From Tetramitus jugosus (lineage: Eukaryota > Protista > Heterolobosea), in assembly GCA_937625935.1 (NCBI GenBank), contig OW569363.1, forward strand, positions 456,296 to 520,295: DNA of 64,000 nt, written 5' to 3'. This document shows positions 38,200-49,410 of the stretch, in pieces. Positions within the stretch are counted from its first letter, which is position 1. Each line of letters opens with the position of its first letter. The position numbers and the translations under genes were made by a program. Under the pieces are notes generated by a model, which made no database searches, was not told the origin of the DNA, and saw nothing but the letters and a program-made list of their open reading frames with translations.

Positions 38200-39707
38200 A
38201 TGGTGTGTGTCTGTATACCCTACTATCACGAGGGTCATCATTTCGTCGAATGGATTGCTCAAATCTTTCATCAGTATGTATACACTCTCATTTTCACTCA
38301 TTATTTTCATCATTTTCATCATCATCATCTGTTTTTTGACCTACTCACCAAAAATCAACAAATAGATGTGTGTATACACGAGTTCAAGTCGCCTCCTTTT
38401 GTCTCGGTCTCTGCAGTATCGGTTTCTGGTTATTTGCTCAATTGCCTCAAATCATTAAGACTTATATGAGTGGTAGTGTAGAAAGTTTGAGTATGATGTT
38501 TTTGTTGACGTGGCTCGTGGGTGATATTACGAATTTGATTGGTTGTTTATTGACTCATCAATTGCCCACTCAACTCTACACTGCCATTTATTATTGTTCA
38601 ATGGATGTCATTATGGTTTCTCAATATTTTTATTATCGGATTCGAAATCGAAGCAAATCCATTGTCTTGCCCAACAATCACAAGCAGAAGAGGAATAATA
38701 GTGATGGTAATAATAATAATGAAAAAACTGCTGCTGCTTCTTCTGTCAAGCACTCTCGTCATGCGACTGCTGATGTCGCTGTTGTTGATGGTGAACACTT
38801 GTATCACAAGAAGAGTATCGATGTTGAGCAAGAAGGTGTTGGTGGTTTGCAACACAAGAGTGATTCACCACAACAGAGAACGTTTCTCTATTCTTACATG
38901 TTTTTGATTGCCATGGCTGGAGCGACTATTCTCTTTACTGTGGTCAATGGTGGAATGAATGCTTCCTCTACCAATAGTGCTCGATCGATTGCTACATTGG
39001 AAACAGTTGGACAAGAGAGAGCATTAATGATGAGATCAAGAAGCGATTTGATCTCCATGTATAGCAACAGTGGAAACAGTGGTGGTTCGACTAATGGAAG
39101 AAAGCTCTTGGGTATGAGTGATGCGACTGATTATGTCAACAAGAACAATTATACCAATTTGTTTAGTAATCAACCAGAGATTTGTGATGCTTCGATGCCA
39201 TTGTCCAAGGCTGAGAGAATTGTGGGTGATGTGAGTGCATGGGTTTCTGGCTTGTTGTACTTTACTGCGCGATTGCCTCAAATTTATTTGAATTATCAGA
39301 GAAAGAGTGTTGAAGGATTGTCCTTGCCCATGTTCCTCTGCGCAATTCTCGGTAATACGAGTTATGGATTGTCCGTGTTGATTCTCGGTATTCATGACGT
39401 GCCTGCATTCATGGAGAATACTTTCCCATACATTCTAGGATCCATCTGTACACTGTCCATGAGTGCTGTCATTATTTCTCAGTTTGTTCTCTATGCATTG
39501 ATACCTGCAATCAAGGCACGCCGTAGAAGGGCCATGTTGTTGAAGGAATCAGGCACTGTCAACAATGACTCGCCTGCAGCCTATGCCAACAACGATGCCG
39601 GTGTGTACTTTGATGAGGAAGATGAATCCGAAACCACAACTCTCACTGCTACAAGCATCGATGGTGAAGCATACCTCACCAGATATGGAAGCTATCACAA
39701 TCAATAA
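38200..39707 (+). CDS. PQ-loop lysosomal/vacuolar cationic amino-acid transporter (PQLC2/Ypq-like), 2 exons (38200-38273, 38366-39707)
   Basis: Two PQ repeats (AQLPQII…SVESLS; ARLPQIYLNYQRKSVEGLS). A 92-bp GTATGT…TAG intron gives WIAQIFHQCVYT. Confidence 0.85.
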
Positions 39708-39791
39708 ATAAAAGCCACCCTAATTCAACTTGTAGTTCCCCCTGTTATCATCATCTCCCTCGTTCCCGTGCCCACTTGAACTTTCAAAAAA

Positions 39792-41291
39792 ATGCGTCCC
39801 CAAAAAAAAAACAGAGAGAACACAAAAAACAGAAACAGCATGCCAAAAGCAACCAAAAGTTCATCGTCATCATCATCCAGCAACAAACTTCCCAGAAAAC
39901 CCACAAAACGTAAAATCAATGCCAAACAAGCACTACTCGACCGTTCACTTTCCCTTCACTCCGATCCGAATGCGCACAAAAAATTATCCGTTTCCGAATT
40001 TGGACACAAATATTTACAGCTTTTGGCGCGGGAACAATACCTGATTGAAAATGCGCGGCCAAGCTTTGATCAGAATTGTAATGATAGAGAACGTGTGTTG
40101 GTGGATACGTTGAGGCACATGGATGATGATCATGTTCATGATGAAGAGAATCACGAACACCAACAACACCAACATGATGATCACATCATCACATTGACTG
40201 CTGTAACAACAAATAACAACATGAATAACGACATAAATAATAGAGATATAGGAAGAGGAGGAGGTGGAGAACAACAACAAGAACAAGAGTTGTCATACAT
40301 GAGAGACATTTGTGGCATATCAGAGCTATTGATTCCAAAGCCATACGAGTTGGTTGAAGCTGCCATGGAACAAGAAATTAAGAGAACAGAGGAGTTTGAT
40401 GCTGATTTTGACAGTGTGCCATCTGATATCAAGAACATGATTGATTTTTCAAAGATTCCAACGTTAAAGCACGTAGAGGAGCTTCATTTTGCACCACTAG
40501 AGTGCTTGACCGAGGAAGGAAAGCAAAAAACGTTGACCATGCTGCCCCGGAAGGAACTAAATTACATTACGGCTCACATGAGAGACAATAGCAATCCAAA
40601 ATTGGCACAGCACAAGAATAGTAAGCCAGTGGATCGAACAGAGATTGTGTTAAAAGTGGCTCTGTTCCATCCGGAGCGTAATCTAAAGACTCAAGAGTTT
40701 CATGTGTTGGGTAGTCAACCGTTGACTGATTTGAGAGATTGCATGTACTGTTTAAATGATCATATTATTAATGGAAAACAGACGAGATCGGGTTATTTCT
40801 TCATTGAAGGAACTTTTTATAATGATATGCGTCATGCGAACAATGTTGACTACTCGAAACAGGTGATTGATTGGCAAAGTGAGAATGAGAGGTACATGGA
40901 ACAGGATCTAGGTGACAGAGAGCTGTTCAAGACAAGGAAAATGGAAGAGACGCGATTCTGTGACTTGTCCATACGGTTACACGAAAAGTATCTGTATTGT
41001 CATCAGGGAGATTGCAAACATTTTATCATTTTCACTGAAATGCGATTGATTAATGATATTGACAATCAAAACTACTATGCCTATCCGATTCGTGTGTTTC
41101 AGAGCAGGATTCGAAGGAAAAAGTGCCTCATTTGCGATATTTATTCGGCAAAGTGGGTCACGTACAGTGATAAGCACACGGCAGATGAACCAAGTTTTTA
41201 CTGTGATGCTTGCTACAGACAGTTTCATTATGATGAAAAGGGTGAGCTATTGTACAAGGACTATGAAGTCTATCGGTACTATCACGAATAA
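39792..41291 (+). CDS. SNAPC3: snRNA-activating protein complex subunit 3 (SNAP50)
   Basis: VLGSQPLTDLRDCMYC, SGYFFIEGTFYND, YLYCHQGDCKH, CLIC…FYCDACYRQFHY zinc finger. Confidence 0.92.
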   Translation: MRPQKKNRENTKNRNSMPKATKSSSSSSSSNKLPRKPTKRKINAKQALLDRSLSLHSDPNAHKKLSVSEFGHKYLQLLAREQYLIENARPSFDQNCNDRERVLVDTLRHMDDDHVHDEENHEHQQHQHDDHIITLTAVTTNNNMNNDINNRDIGRGGGGEQQQEQELSYMRDICGISELLIPKPYELVEAAMEQEIKRTEEFDADFDSVPSDIKNMIDFSKIPTLKHVEELHFAPLECLTEEGKQKTLTMLPRKELNYITAHMRDNSNPKLAQHKNSKPVDRTEIVLKVALFHPERNLKTQEFHVLGSQPLTDLRDCMYCLNDHIINGKQTRSGYFFIEGTFYNDMRHANNVDYSKQVIDWQSENERYMEQDLGDRELFKTRKMEETRFCDLSIRLHEKYLYCHQGDCKHFIIFTEMRLINDIDNQNYYAYPIRVFQSRIRRKKCLICDIYSAKWVTYSDKHTADEPSFYCDACYRQFHYDEKGELLYKDYEVYRYYHE

Positions 41292-41421
41292 AAAACAAGA
41301 GAAATACACTGTCAGAATACAAAGCCTTCAAAGATCACGTTACAAAAAGGACAGAGTTTCTCCGAGTTCTTAAAGTTCAGTTTTGTTCAAATTGTCTGCA
41401 AAATCAGAAAAGAAACAAGAA

Positions 41422-42327
41422 ATGCAAAACTCATCCATTGTACTGCCATTGCTCAATGAACTCAAGCTCGACATTGATGCCGATATCTGCAATGCCTATA
41501 TCGTCGGTTCTCGAATGTTCCAAGTCGATCGTCACTCCAAATCAGATGACGATTATCTGATTGTGTTGACAGAAGAAGGTTGCAAGAAACTGGAGAGTCA
41601 ACTCTCTTGTGCAAGCAGTCAACTGGTGGATACCCCATTGACAAAGAGCTCTCAAGTAGTTTTTGACAACAAGACTGAAGTGTATGTCAATGTACCATCA
41701 TGGGATTACAGAAGTGATCAAGTGGATGCTACACTGTTGTCTCAGGAGGGATTTGAGAGATGTTTGGCAATGTTTGATAGTACGGTGATTGAGTGTGCAT
41801 CGCTACATTATTATCCATCGGATAGTGCGGAGAGTGGAATGATATTGGTCAGGAATTGTGAGTACAGAGTGCCATTGTTGTTGAAGAATGATGGTGAGTT
41901 TGTGGGCAATGACGATGAGAGAAATCTTGATATTATAGAGAATATGGGCCATTTGAGGGCGAACTACAGTAAGAAATCAGGAAACTCATATGTAAAGTGT
42001 AAGAAGAAGATTACAGTCGAGAAGACAGTGCAGGATCAATACATTGGATACAAGAGTCTATTTCATAGTCTCAGATTGTCAACTTTTGGCGTTCAGATTG
42101 CTTCACATGGTTATGTTTCTGACTTCAAGGCTGCGAATGGATTTTATAATGAACTTGTACTGCCTTTTGTGAAGCAAATGGAGACTGAAGAAGCAAAGGA
42201 TCTAACTGACGAGGAGGGTGCTAAGATCTGGTCAGAAATCGACAAAAGATACAAATCAATTCGAAACAAATTGGCTTCAGAGTTGAGAAAGGCGGCCCCA
42301 CTACCTCAAAAGAATACACCAAAATAA
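41422..42327 (+). CDS. Pol-beta-superfamily nucleotidyltransferase of unknown substrate
   Basis: hGS…DxD motif (YIVGSRMF…SDDDYLIV), a third Asp (VDATL) and a helical C-terminus (KSLFHSLRL). ATG at 41422. Confidence 0.65.
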   Translation: MQNSSIVLPLLNELKLDIDADICNAYIVGSRMFQVDRHSKSDDDYLIVLTEEGCKKLESQLSCASSQLVDTPLTKSSQVVFDNKTEVYVNVPSWDYRSDQVDATLLSQEGFERCLAMFDSTVIECASLHYYPSDSAESGMILVRNCEYRVPLLLKNDGEFVGNDDERNLDIIENMGHLRANYSKKSGNSYVKCKKKITVEKTVQDQYIGYKSLFHSLRLSTFGVQIASHGYVSDFKAANGFYNELVLPFVKQMETEEAKDLTDEEGAKIWSEIDKRYKSIRNKLASELRKAAPLPQKNTPK

Positions 42328-42354
42328 GTTCATTTGTTTTGTTTTATTGCACAT

Positions 42355-44265
42355 TTATCTTGACTCTTGACGCGCTCGCCTTAGATAGCGCAACTCTCTT
42401 AACGTGGCAGTCAAAATTGTGACACCAACTGGGAGGAGCAGTGGCAAATAGATTGCCAACTTTTGACTATCTGGGAAGTGAAGCATAGAGATCATACTTG
42501 GATGAAAGAATGCTCTCTCACTCTTTTCCATTGCAATCTTGGAATGCTGCAATAGTTTCTCATAATCCACCATGCTGTTCTTCGGACCAATGTTGCTAAT
42601 CAGAGTATATGCTTGTTGAGTGTGGTTCAGAGCCTCGTTTGTTAATTCAGCAATCCGATGCATGACCAAAACATTTGGCATATTGGAAACAACAGTGGAT
42701 AAGCTTTCAAGAGAATGCTTTGCTGTTGCCAAGTTCTGTTCAATCCTATCTCGCATTAATTGATCAATCTCCCAGTCAGCAATACCATGTTTGGTGTCTG
42801 GAACCATGTGCACGGTAAAATTACCGACTTGAACAACAGGAGTATATGTTGGCAGTGCCAATAGCATTCTCATCTGAGAGATAAAGGATTGCATGACATA
42901 TGCCTCCTGTGCTTCACTGAGTACTCTATTCACGGATTGGCTCGTTGTCGAATTCTTGTCATCTGTTGGAGATGAATTCAATATTACAACACCTCCCCAT
43001 CTAGGAATTACATAGGCATCATCTGCATCATCAGCCATTTCATTTGATGTGATGCTCTTCAGCTTTGATCTCGATGATTGCGTGTCATGTGGAACAACAA
43101 ACAGTGGACTATACTCTGTGTCAGGAACCAATAAAATGAAATGAACAGTTGGGTCATTGAAAGCATAAGAGTCCAACTTCCAATCCGAATTCTCATTCAA
43201 CAACAATTGCATCTCATTCGATTTCAACTCGTATCGCTCTCTATGTGGATTAAACACTGGAGTCGAGGGTAAATTAGCATACTGTAAAATTTGTGAATCA
43301 ACAGACACGTTGGTCAATAGCAATGGCGAAATTTTGCTCAAAAACGGCTGCAAATACTTTTGTTCCATCTCTTCAAAGTTCCACACATAATTGATATGAG
43401 AAGGCTCTTGATTAATCAGCGTAAAACTCAAAATATATTGATTTGCACTTGTCTTGATTTGCAAATCCCTATTCATTGTCAAATCCTTCATTGTAATCAA
43501 TCGGTACACTTGCTGAATCGTTTCCTTCAATTGTTCAGTTGACATGTAATCATTTGATGGAATGGTTAACCAACCGTGTCTTCCCGTTCCCAAATACAAG
43601 TGATTTGGTTGTAATAAAAGTGTAGCACATTCCTTCACATTGTCATCCTTGTTATCACCATCATGTGTCTTCAACACACCTTGCTCCACAATAAACAAAG
43701 TAAAGAGACCAGGCTTCTCTTCATATGAATTGACAACAAAGTGCTCTCTCAAGAATTGATCCATGATGGCCATTTGATCCAAATTGTCTTGCTCCTTGCA
43801 TTCCTCTCCTACTAATGTTGTCTCAGATGGATGCACTACGCGTTCCTTTTTAAGAAGGCAATGTTCCCGCCAAAAATCAATTTCCGTTTCTCTGAGCAAC
43901 GTATGTTTCTGAGCGCTCAGAAACAATGGAATATTCTGTTTCTTGAAATCGTCGTACAACACTTGATTCATGTCTCTGAATTGATTTCGAATGTGTTGAG
44001 TGATCCATTGTTGCGTATGACCAATGTGATGAATGACCATGTGTACAGGCAAGTTCTTTTCATTGTAAACAACGTTTGTTTGTTGTTGAGCTGCTGCTGT
44101 AGCAGATCCGTTCAACACATCAGTGTAATGGTGAGCAAATGTGGAGGCAATTTGATCGTGTGCGAGTTCTGTTTGGAAAGCTCCAGTGGATCGCCACCAC
44201 AGGGGTATGTTACAGATGATGAACGAGAAAGTGAAAAAGATGACGAGTAGCCTCGTTGTTGGCAT
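42355..44265 (-). CDS. PIGS: GPI transamidase component PIG-S
   Basis: N-terminal TM + PLWWRST, VDSQILQYA, IPRWGGVVILN, SERAFFHPSMISMLHFPD-QKLAIYLPLLLP, C-terminal TM. Confidence 0.9.
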   Translation of the reverse strand: MPTTRLLVIFFTFSFIICNIPLWWRSTGAFQTELAHDQIASTFAHHYTDVLNGSATAAAQQQTNVVYNEKNLPVHMVIHHIGHTQQWITQHIRNQFRDMNQVLYDDFKKQNIPLFLSAQKHTLLRETEIDFWREHCLLKKERVVHPSETTLVGEECKEQDNLDQMAIMDQFLREHFVVNSYEEKPGLFTLFIVEQGVLKTHDGDNKDDNVKECATLLLQPNHLYLGTGRHGWLTIPSNDYMSTEQLKETIQQVYRLITMKDLTMNRDLQIKTSANQYILSFTLINQEPSHINYVWNFEEMEQKYLQPFLSKISPLLLTNVSVDSQILQYANLPSTPVFNPHRERYELKSNEMQLLLNENSDWKLDSYAFNDPTVHFILLVPDTEYSPLFVVPHDTQSSRSKLKSITSNEMADDADDAYVIPRWGGVVILNSSPTDDKNSTTSQSVNRVLSEAQEAYVMQSFISQMRMLLALPTYTPVVQVGNFTVHMVPDTKHGIADWEIDQLMRDRIEQNLATAKHSLESLSTVVSNMPNVLVMHRIAELTNEALNHTQQAYTLISNIGPKNSMVDYEKLLQHSKIAMEKSERAFFHPSMISMLHFPDSQKLAIYLPLLLPVGVTILTATLRELRYLRRARQESR

Positions 44266-44549
44266 CTTGATCTTTTTGTTTTGTGGGGTAACCTTTTCTC
44301 TTCTTTTTGGCTTTGTTTGATTGCAGAAGAGTATTTTTAGGGAGATTGTGGTGGAAAGAACAAAAGTTTGCTTAGGAGTGTTTGAGGGTGAAATTGATGG
44401 GCATTATTGCCTCTTGTCATTTTGCTTTCATATTTTCTAATATTCTTTTTTTGAATGGTGGCAACAGAGAGACTGCTGTGCTGGCAGGAGTCTCAATCTC
44501 TGTTATCCTTACAATATTACGTTTTGAATATATACAATGCAACACTCAA

Positions 44550-46583
44550 TTACTCTTCTGTGGGCTCTTCCTCTTTGCCATTCTCTTCTTCGGGTGTGTC
44601 AGAGTGACTTGATGTGCTTGTTGCTCCTCGAGGCTGCATCTTCCATTGGAATTTGAGTGTGGAACCTGAAAAGTCTTTGCCTTGTTCGATGGCCTTCTGG
44701 GCATTGTTTCTGGTGGAGAACTTGACATTATAAGCATCACTTGCATTCTCATACTCGATGGCCTCCACAGGACCAAACTGTTCAAAATGCTTTCTTACTT
44801 CTTCTTCGGATCTCTTATCCTCGGGAACACCTCTCACTTGCAACGTTGTTGTTCTGTTATCAAGTGTCAGTGATCGCTTGACAAGTGGAGTGACAACACC
44901 ACCTCGACCACGCCATGCACCTCTTCCCCTTGCAAGTGGACCACCACGAAGAATTGCTCCACCTCGACCGCGTCCTCGAGAGGAAGTAGGAGTACCTTCA
45001 ACTGACTCTGTCTTCTCCTCTTCACCCTCTGTTGTTGAACTCTCCTGGGCTGAAGCAGCTGGTTCATCAGAAGTGCCGGCATTGACATCGACAGCCGCAG
45101 AGTCTTCCACTCCGGTGCTTTCACCTTCAGTTTCTTTAGCAGCTTCGGGTTGACGCTGCTGTTGAGCCTTCTGTGCCTGCGCCGTCTGTATAGCAGTGAG
45201 CTTTTGAGTGACTTCATGTTGTTCCTGCTGAAGTTTCTTGATGTTTGAGTCAAGTTGTTTCAGGAAGTCCAACAGTTCCATCTTTTCCTTGGTCATCTCC
45301 TTCATGGCATCAATTTTCACAAAGATCATTCTATACATGTTCAACTGCTGTTGTAATAAATCGTTCTTCTTTTGGACCATAGCAGTTAATTCCTTCACCT
45401 TCTCGTTCACATTCTCAGGTTTGTTAAGAATGAGAGAGTGGCTAGGGGGAGCAGAAGCAGCGGGCGCCTCATGCTTTGCTCTCACCCACCCCACTTGAAC
45501 AAATCGATTGCCTAGAACGGCATCAGGAGAATGGAGAGCAGCCTTTGCGCTCTCTGTGTGTTCATATTGAACAAAAGCCTTGTGGCTGTGATACTTGATC
45601 ATAATGTTTAACACACTACCAAACTTTTTAAAATGCCGATACAAGGCATCCATTGTGGCATCATCGGGTATTGAACTCACAATCAGAGTGTTTAGTGTTG
45701 GAAGACGTGATGAATCATCAGAATCAAGCTTGTCCTTATTCATCACCACCAACTCATTTCCATTCTTATCTGTAATAATTTCACCTGTTACAGCAGGTGT
45801 GTCATCATAACGTCGGCCTCCGCGACCTCTTCCACGTGCTCCTCGACCTCGACCTCTGTCTGTTGTTCGACCCATACGATCGCCTCGTCCTCTGGAACTG
45901 CCTCCTCGTCTCGATGAATCATCATGATAGGAATCACCTTCTTCATCACCTTCACGTGCATGATGTCTATCACTACCGTGATGGTGGCGAGAATCGTCAA
46001 AACTCCTCGATTTATCACTACCACTCTTGCTCTCATACCGCGTTCGAGAACTTCGCTCTCTTCTTCCACCGTGATAACTGTCAGGTTCTTCATTGTTGTC
46101 TTCATTGTCTTGATCTCTTCGACCACTGCTGCTGACACTATAATCTGTTCTCCTTCGCTTGTGAGCAAGTTGATCATCGTCTTCGTCACGTGGAGAAGGA
46201 CTCACCGACCGCCGAGAAGCAGAAGACACATCAGAATATTTTCTCTTTTGTGAAGTTGTTTCTTCCATTTGGTGATGGTGATGATGATGAGGAGGAGTGG
46301 AAACTGCAGCAACAGGTGCAGAAGCAGCAGCGGTAGCTCTGTTGAGGCTTCGATTCAAATAAGCAAATAACTTTTCGATAAAAGAATTTGTGTGATCGCC
46401 TATAAACTCACTCAGTGCGTCTCTACACTTGTTCTTTATCTCGCGTTCGTTTGTCGAATTATCATCCTTCAACAAAGCCAAAACATACTGACTCAATAAA
46501 TCAGAATCAGCCTCTGATAAGCTGCTCAGTTCGCGTTGCAACCAAGAGTTGATTTGTCCTTCGTTCTGGTCACTCACATACAT
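44550..46583 (-). CDS. RBM26/RBM27-like RNA-binding protein (PWI + 2 RRM + RGG)
   Basis: PWI (EADSDLLSQYVLALLK…FIEKLF), RRM with SPDAVLGNRFVQVGW, coiled coil, LDNRTTTL second RRM. ATG at 46583. Confidence 0.85.
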   Translation of the reverse strand: MYVSDQNEGQINSWLQRELSSLSEADSDLLSQYVLALLKDDNSTNEREIKNKCRDALSEFIGDHTNSFIEKLFAYLNRSLNRATAAASAPVAAVSTPPHHHHHHQMEETTSQKRKYSDVSSASRRSVSPSPRDEDDDQLAHKRRRTDYSVSSSGRRDQDNEDNNEEPDSYHGGRRERSSRTRYESKSGSDKSRSFDDSRHHHGSDRHHAREGDEEGDSYHDDSSRRGGSSRGRGDRMGRTTDRGRGRGARGRGRGGRRYDDTPAVTGEIITDKNGNELVVMNKDKLDSDDSSRLPTLNTLIVSSIPDDATMDALYRHFKKFGSVLNIMIKYHSHKAFVQYEHTESAKAALHSPDAVLGNRFVQVGWVRAKHEAPAASAPPSHSLILNKPENVNEKVKELTAMVQKKNDLLQQQLNMYRMIFVKIDAMKEMTKEKMELLDFLKQLDSNIKKLQQEQHEVTQKLTAIQTAQAQKAQQQRQPEAAKETEGESTGVEDSAAVDVNAGTSDEPAASAQESSTTEGEEEKTESVEGTPTSSRGRGRGGAILRGGPLARGRGAWRGRGGVVTPLVKRSLTLDNRTTTLQVRGVPEDKRSEEEVRKHFEQFGPVEAIEYENASDAYNVKFSTRNNAQKAIEQGKDFSGSTLKFQWKMQPRGATSTSSHSDTPEEENGKEEEPTEE

Positions 46584-46779
46584 GATTTCCGTTTTTGTGC
46601 ACCGTTTGTGTTCAATGTTGAAGTGTGCTGTTTTTTCGCCGCACACAAAAACTTTGTAAATTTATTGAAGGTTCAGTCAACCAAGAATGTTGTCCAAACG
46701 AAAATTTGCAAAAGTCACAAAGTTGAGAAAAAATTAACAACAAACACATAACGTTAACCAAGCCAAAAAATATTCTAAA

Positions 46780-47276
46780 ATGGTCAGAACTAGCATTTTG
46801 AACGACGCTTTGACAACTATCAGAAACGCAGAAGTTGCTGGAAAGAGACAATGTATGATCAGACCTCAATCCAAGACTATCATCAAGTTCTTGACTGTCA
46901 TGCAAAAGCACGGTTACATTGGTGAATTCGAAATTGTCGACGACCACAGATCTGGAAAGATTGTTGTCGAATTGACTGGAAGAATCAACAAGTGTGGTGT
47001 TATCTCCCCACGTTTTGATGTCCAAGTTACCGAAATCGAAAAGTGGATCAACAATTTGTTGCCATCCCGTCAATTCGGTTACCTTGTCCTAACCACCTCC
47101 AAGGGTATCATGGATCACGAGCAAGCAAGAAAGGAACACACTGGAGGAAAGGTAGGTCTCTTCATTTTAGCTACTTGCTGCTGTGCTTTCATGACCCAGT
47201 TTCTTTACTCTTGTATGATTTCTAACTCTTTTATTTTCTTTGTGTATCATAATAGATCCTTGGTTTCTTCTATTAA
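46780..47276 (+). CDS. RPS15A: 40S ribosomal protein uS8 (S15a), 2 exons (46780-47151, 47256-47276)
   Basis: [11 protein letters not shown]…[10 protein letters not shown]…HTGGK|ILGFFY*. 104-bp GTAGGT…CTAAC…TAG intron. Confidence 0.97.
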
Positions 47277-47417
47277 ATTTGCGAATAAATGTTTTTCTGG
47301 CATTTCAGACACTTTTTTTCTTGCACGTGTTCCATAATTATGATGTCATCAATTGCTTTTTTCCTTTGAACGTGTTCTCTTCGAACATTTTACTCACAAA
47401 AAACAACAACACCAAAC

Positions 47418-48329
47418 ATGATGAAAGCGAACGACAGTGGTTCTTCCTCCCACTCAAGTAGGACTATTGAAAAGATGGAGTCCGAGTACAAGAATAGTCA
47501 GAAACTGATTCTCACCATTCGCCGTGATCTTGAACAACTGGAGAGAGAACAATACGAACAACAACAGCAAGCGCTGTTGAACACTGGATCATCATCGTCG
47601 TCCGAGATTGATGATGCCATCGAATCCGGTTTGTACCATAGAGGCGGCATTAGCTACACGAATGCACGATCAGCAATGATGACACATCGAACTTCCAGTG
47701 ATTCATCATCATCATCATCCGTTCCTCTTTCGAATATTGAACTGGAACAGAGAAGACAGAGATTGAACGAACGAGTGACAAGCAATATTAATACCTTGTC
47801 TCGTGGTGAACAATCACTCAAGTCACTTGTACAGCAGTTAGGAGCAGCGAATAAGTCTCGAGATTTGTGGGAACAACAAATCAGTCACTTGTCCAATGAG
47901 GTTTCATTTCTGAGAGCCAGCACGAACAAGATTTTCAGAAGGATTAGTGAAGCTGAACACGCTCGTCAACTACTACTCGGTGCCGATGAAAATTATTTAA
48001 AGACTGGTGGTTCCATGGACGACGAAGAGAGGATGAGACACTTGCACTCCCAAACATCGAGCTTTCAAAGATCTATTGCTCTCGTGGAGCAAATGAAGGA
48101 TGTTGGTTCATCTGTTTTAGGCATGCTCAGCAGTCAGAAAGAAACGATACAGGGAGCACGGAGAAGAGTGTTGGACATTGGTCTCATGCTCGGAGTGTCT
48201 CAATCAACGATCCGTATGATCGAGAGGAGGAATATCATTGATCGAGCAATTGTCTATGGTGGAATGCTGTTGGTTTCCATGTTGCTCCTCTACTTTTTCT
48301 GGACAAGGGTCTTATTCAGAAAATCTTGA
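47418..48329 (+). CDS. GOSR2: Qb-SNARE, membrin/GOSR2/Bos1-like
   Basis: SNARE motif (LSSQKETIQGARRRVLDIGLMLGVSQSTIRMIERR…DRAIVYGG) and C-terminal TM anchor. Confidence 0.85.
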   Translation: MMKANDSGSSSHSSRTIEKMESEYKNSQKLILTIRRDLEQLEREQYEQQQQALLNTGSSSSSEIDDAIESGLYHRGGISYTNARSAMMTHRTSSDSSSSSSVPLSNIELEQRRQRLNERVTSNINTLSRGEQSLKSLVQQLGAANKSRDLWEQQISHLSNEVSFLRASTNKIFRRISEAEHARQLLLGADENYLKTGGSMDDEERMRHLHSQTSSFQRSIALVEQMKDVGSSVLGMLSSQKETIQGARRRVLDIGLMLGVSQSTIRMIERRNIIDRAIVYGGMLLVSMLLLYFFWTRVLFRKS

Positions 48330-48468
48330 GCTGCACAATTCTCTCATGCCAAACACTTTGCTTGGTGCCTTGTTCGCTACAGCTAGTAAAACGCTCGAAA
48401 AAGCTTTGTCGGACATTCATTTCTCCACTGTACACACAAAACCCGCCCAAAAAACAAAATACACACAA

Positions 48469-49159
48469 ATGCCACCGACAACCACAATCAAGAGTGAGAA
48501 TCAGTCACAGGACACGATCAACGCAACAACAACGATACATGATTCAGACGATGATCAAGAAGATGAACAAATGACAATGTTGGAGGGAAGTCAATTGATT
48601 GGTGGTGGTGGTGGATCATCCATGTCCAATCACAATCCACTCTCTGCATTTGGAAAGGGCAATGTGAATCATTTGAGCTCTATTGCTTCTTTGAATCAAA
48701 TTGAAAATGTTTGTTTTTTTGATCATTCTTCTTCTTCTTATTGCTTGTTGTTCTTCTTGTTTTTGATAAATGATGATGATGATGATGATGATTGACATTG
48801 GGTTATTCTGTTGATATATTTGTGTGTTAATAATAATAATAATATAACAATCATAATCATAGGATATTGCTGGACTACTTGATATTGGAATTAAAATGTT
48901 TGAAGATATTTCAATGGGCACTCAACAACAACAGCAGCTTCATGGTAGTAGTGATGCAACTGCTGCTGCTGCTGCTGTTTCATCCGATCTGAACAAGCAA
49001 TTTGTAACAACAGTGAAAAAAGTGGCACAGGAATTGGCTGCTCATATCCATAGACAGTCTCAGCAGCCAACCTTGCCTTTTGAATCCAATAGTTATTCTT
49101 CATTTGAACGGTTGAATAATATGGTGGAGAGAAGTCGAATGATTAATGATCAATTGTAA
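48469..49159 (+). CDS. MED11: Probable Mediator subunit 11, 2 exons (48469-48708, 48863-49159)
   Basis: GTTTGT…TAG intron joins LNQIEN|DIAGLL. The pattern FVTTVKKVAQELAAHI…PFESNSY resembles MED11 helices. Confidence 0.55.
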
Positions 49160-49410
49160 TCATGTTTTTGAGTATGATTGTTGATTCACAACGGTAATAT
49201 TAGCTATTTGGCCATTTGATTGGTCTCATTTCTTCTGATGGAAACAAGATTGTACAAATCGAGAATATTTGGAGTGCGAATGATCATGGCATGTCGATTG
49301 GAGAACATAAAGTGATGCATTTTGTGTGGTGTTTGTTCCACATCTCTCGGAGTGGTTTCAGATAAATAATTTTGACAAGTCATGCATGCTTAGGCGATAT
49401 CCGTTATTTA

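Noticed and set aside
47152-47255. Possible intronic snoRNA in the RPS15A intron
   Set aside because: No RTGATGA/CTGA box pair and no convincing H/ACA fold.
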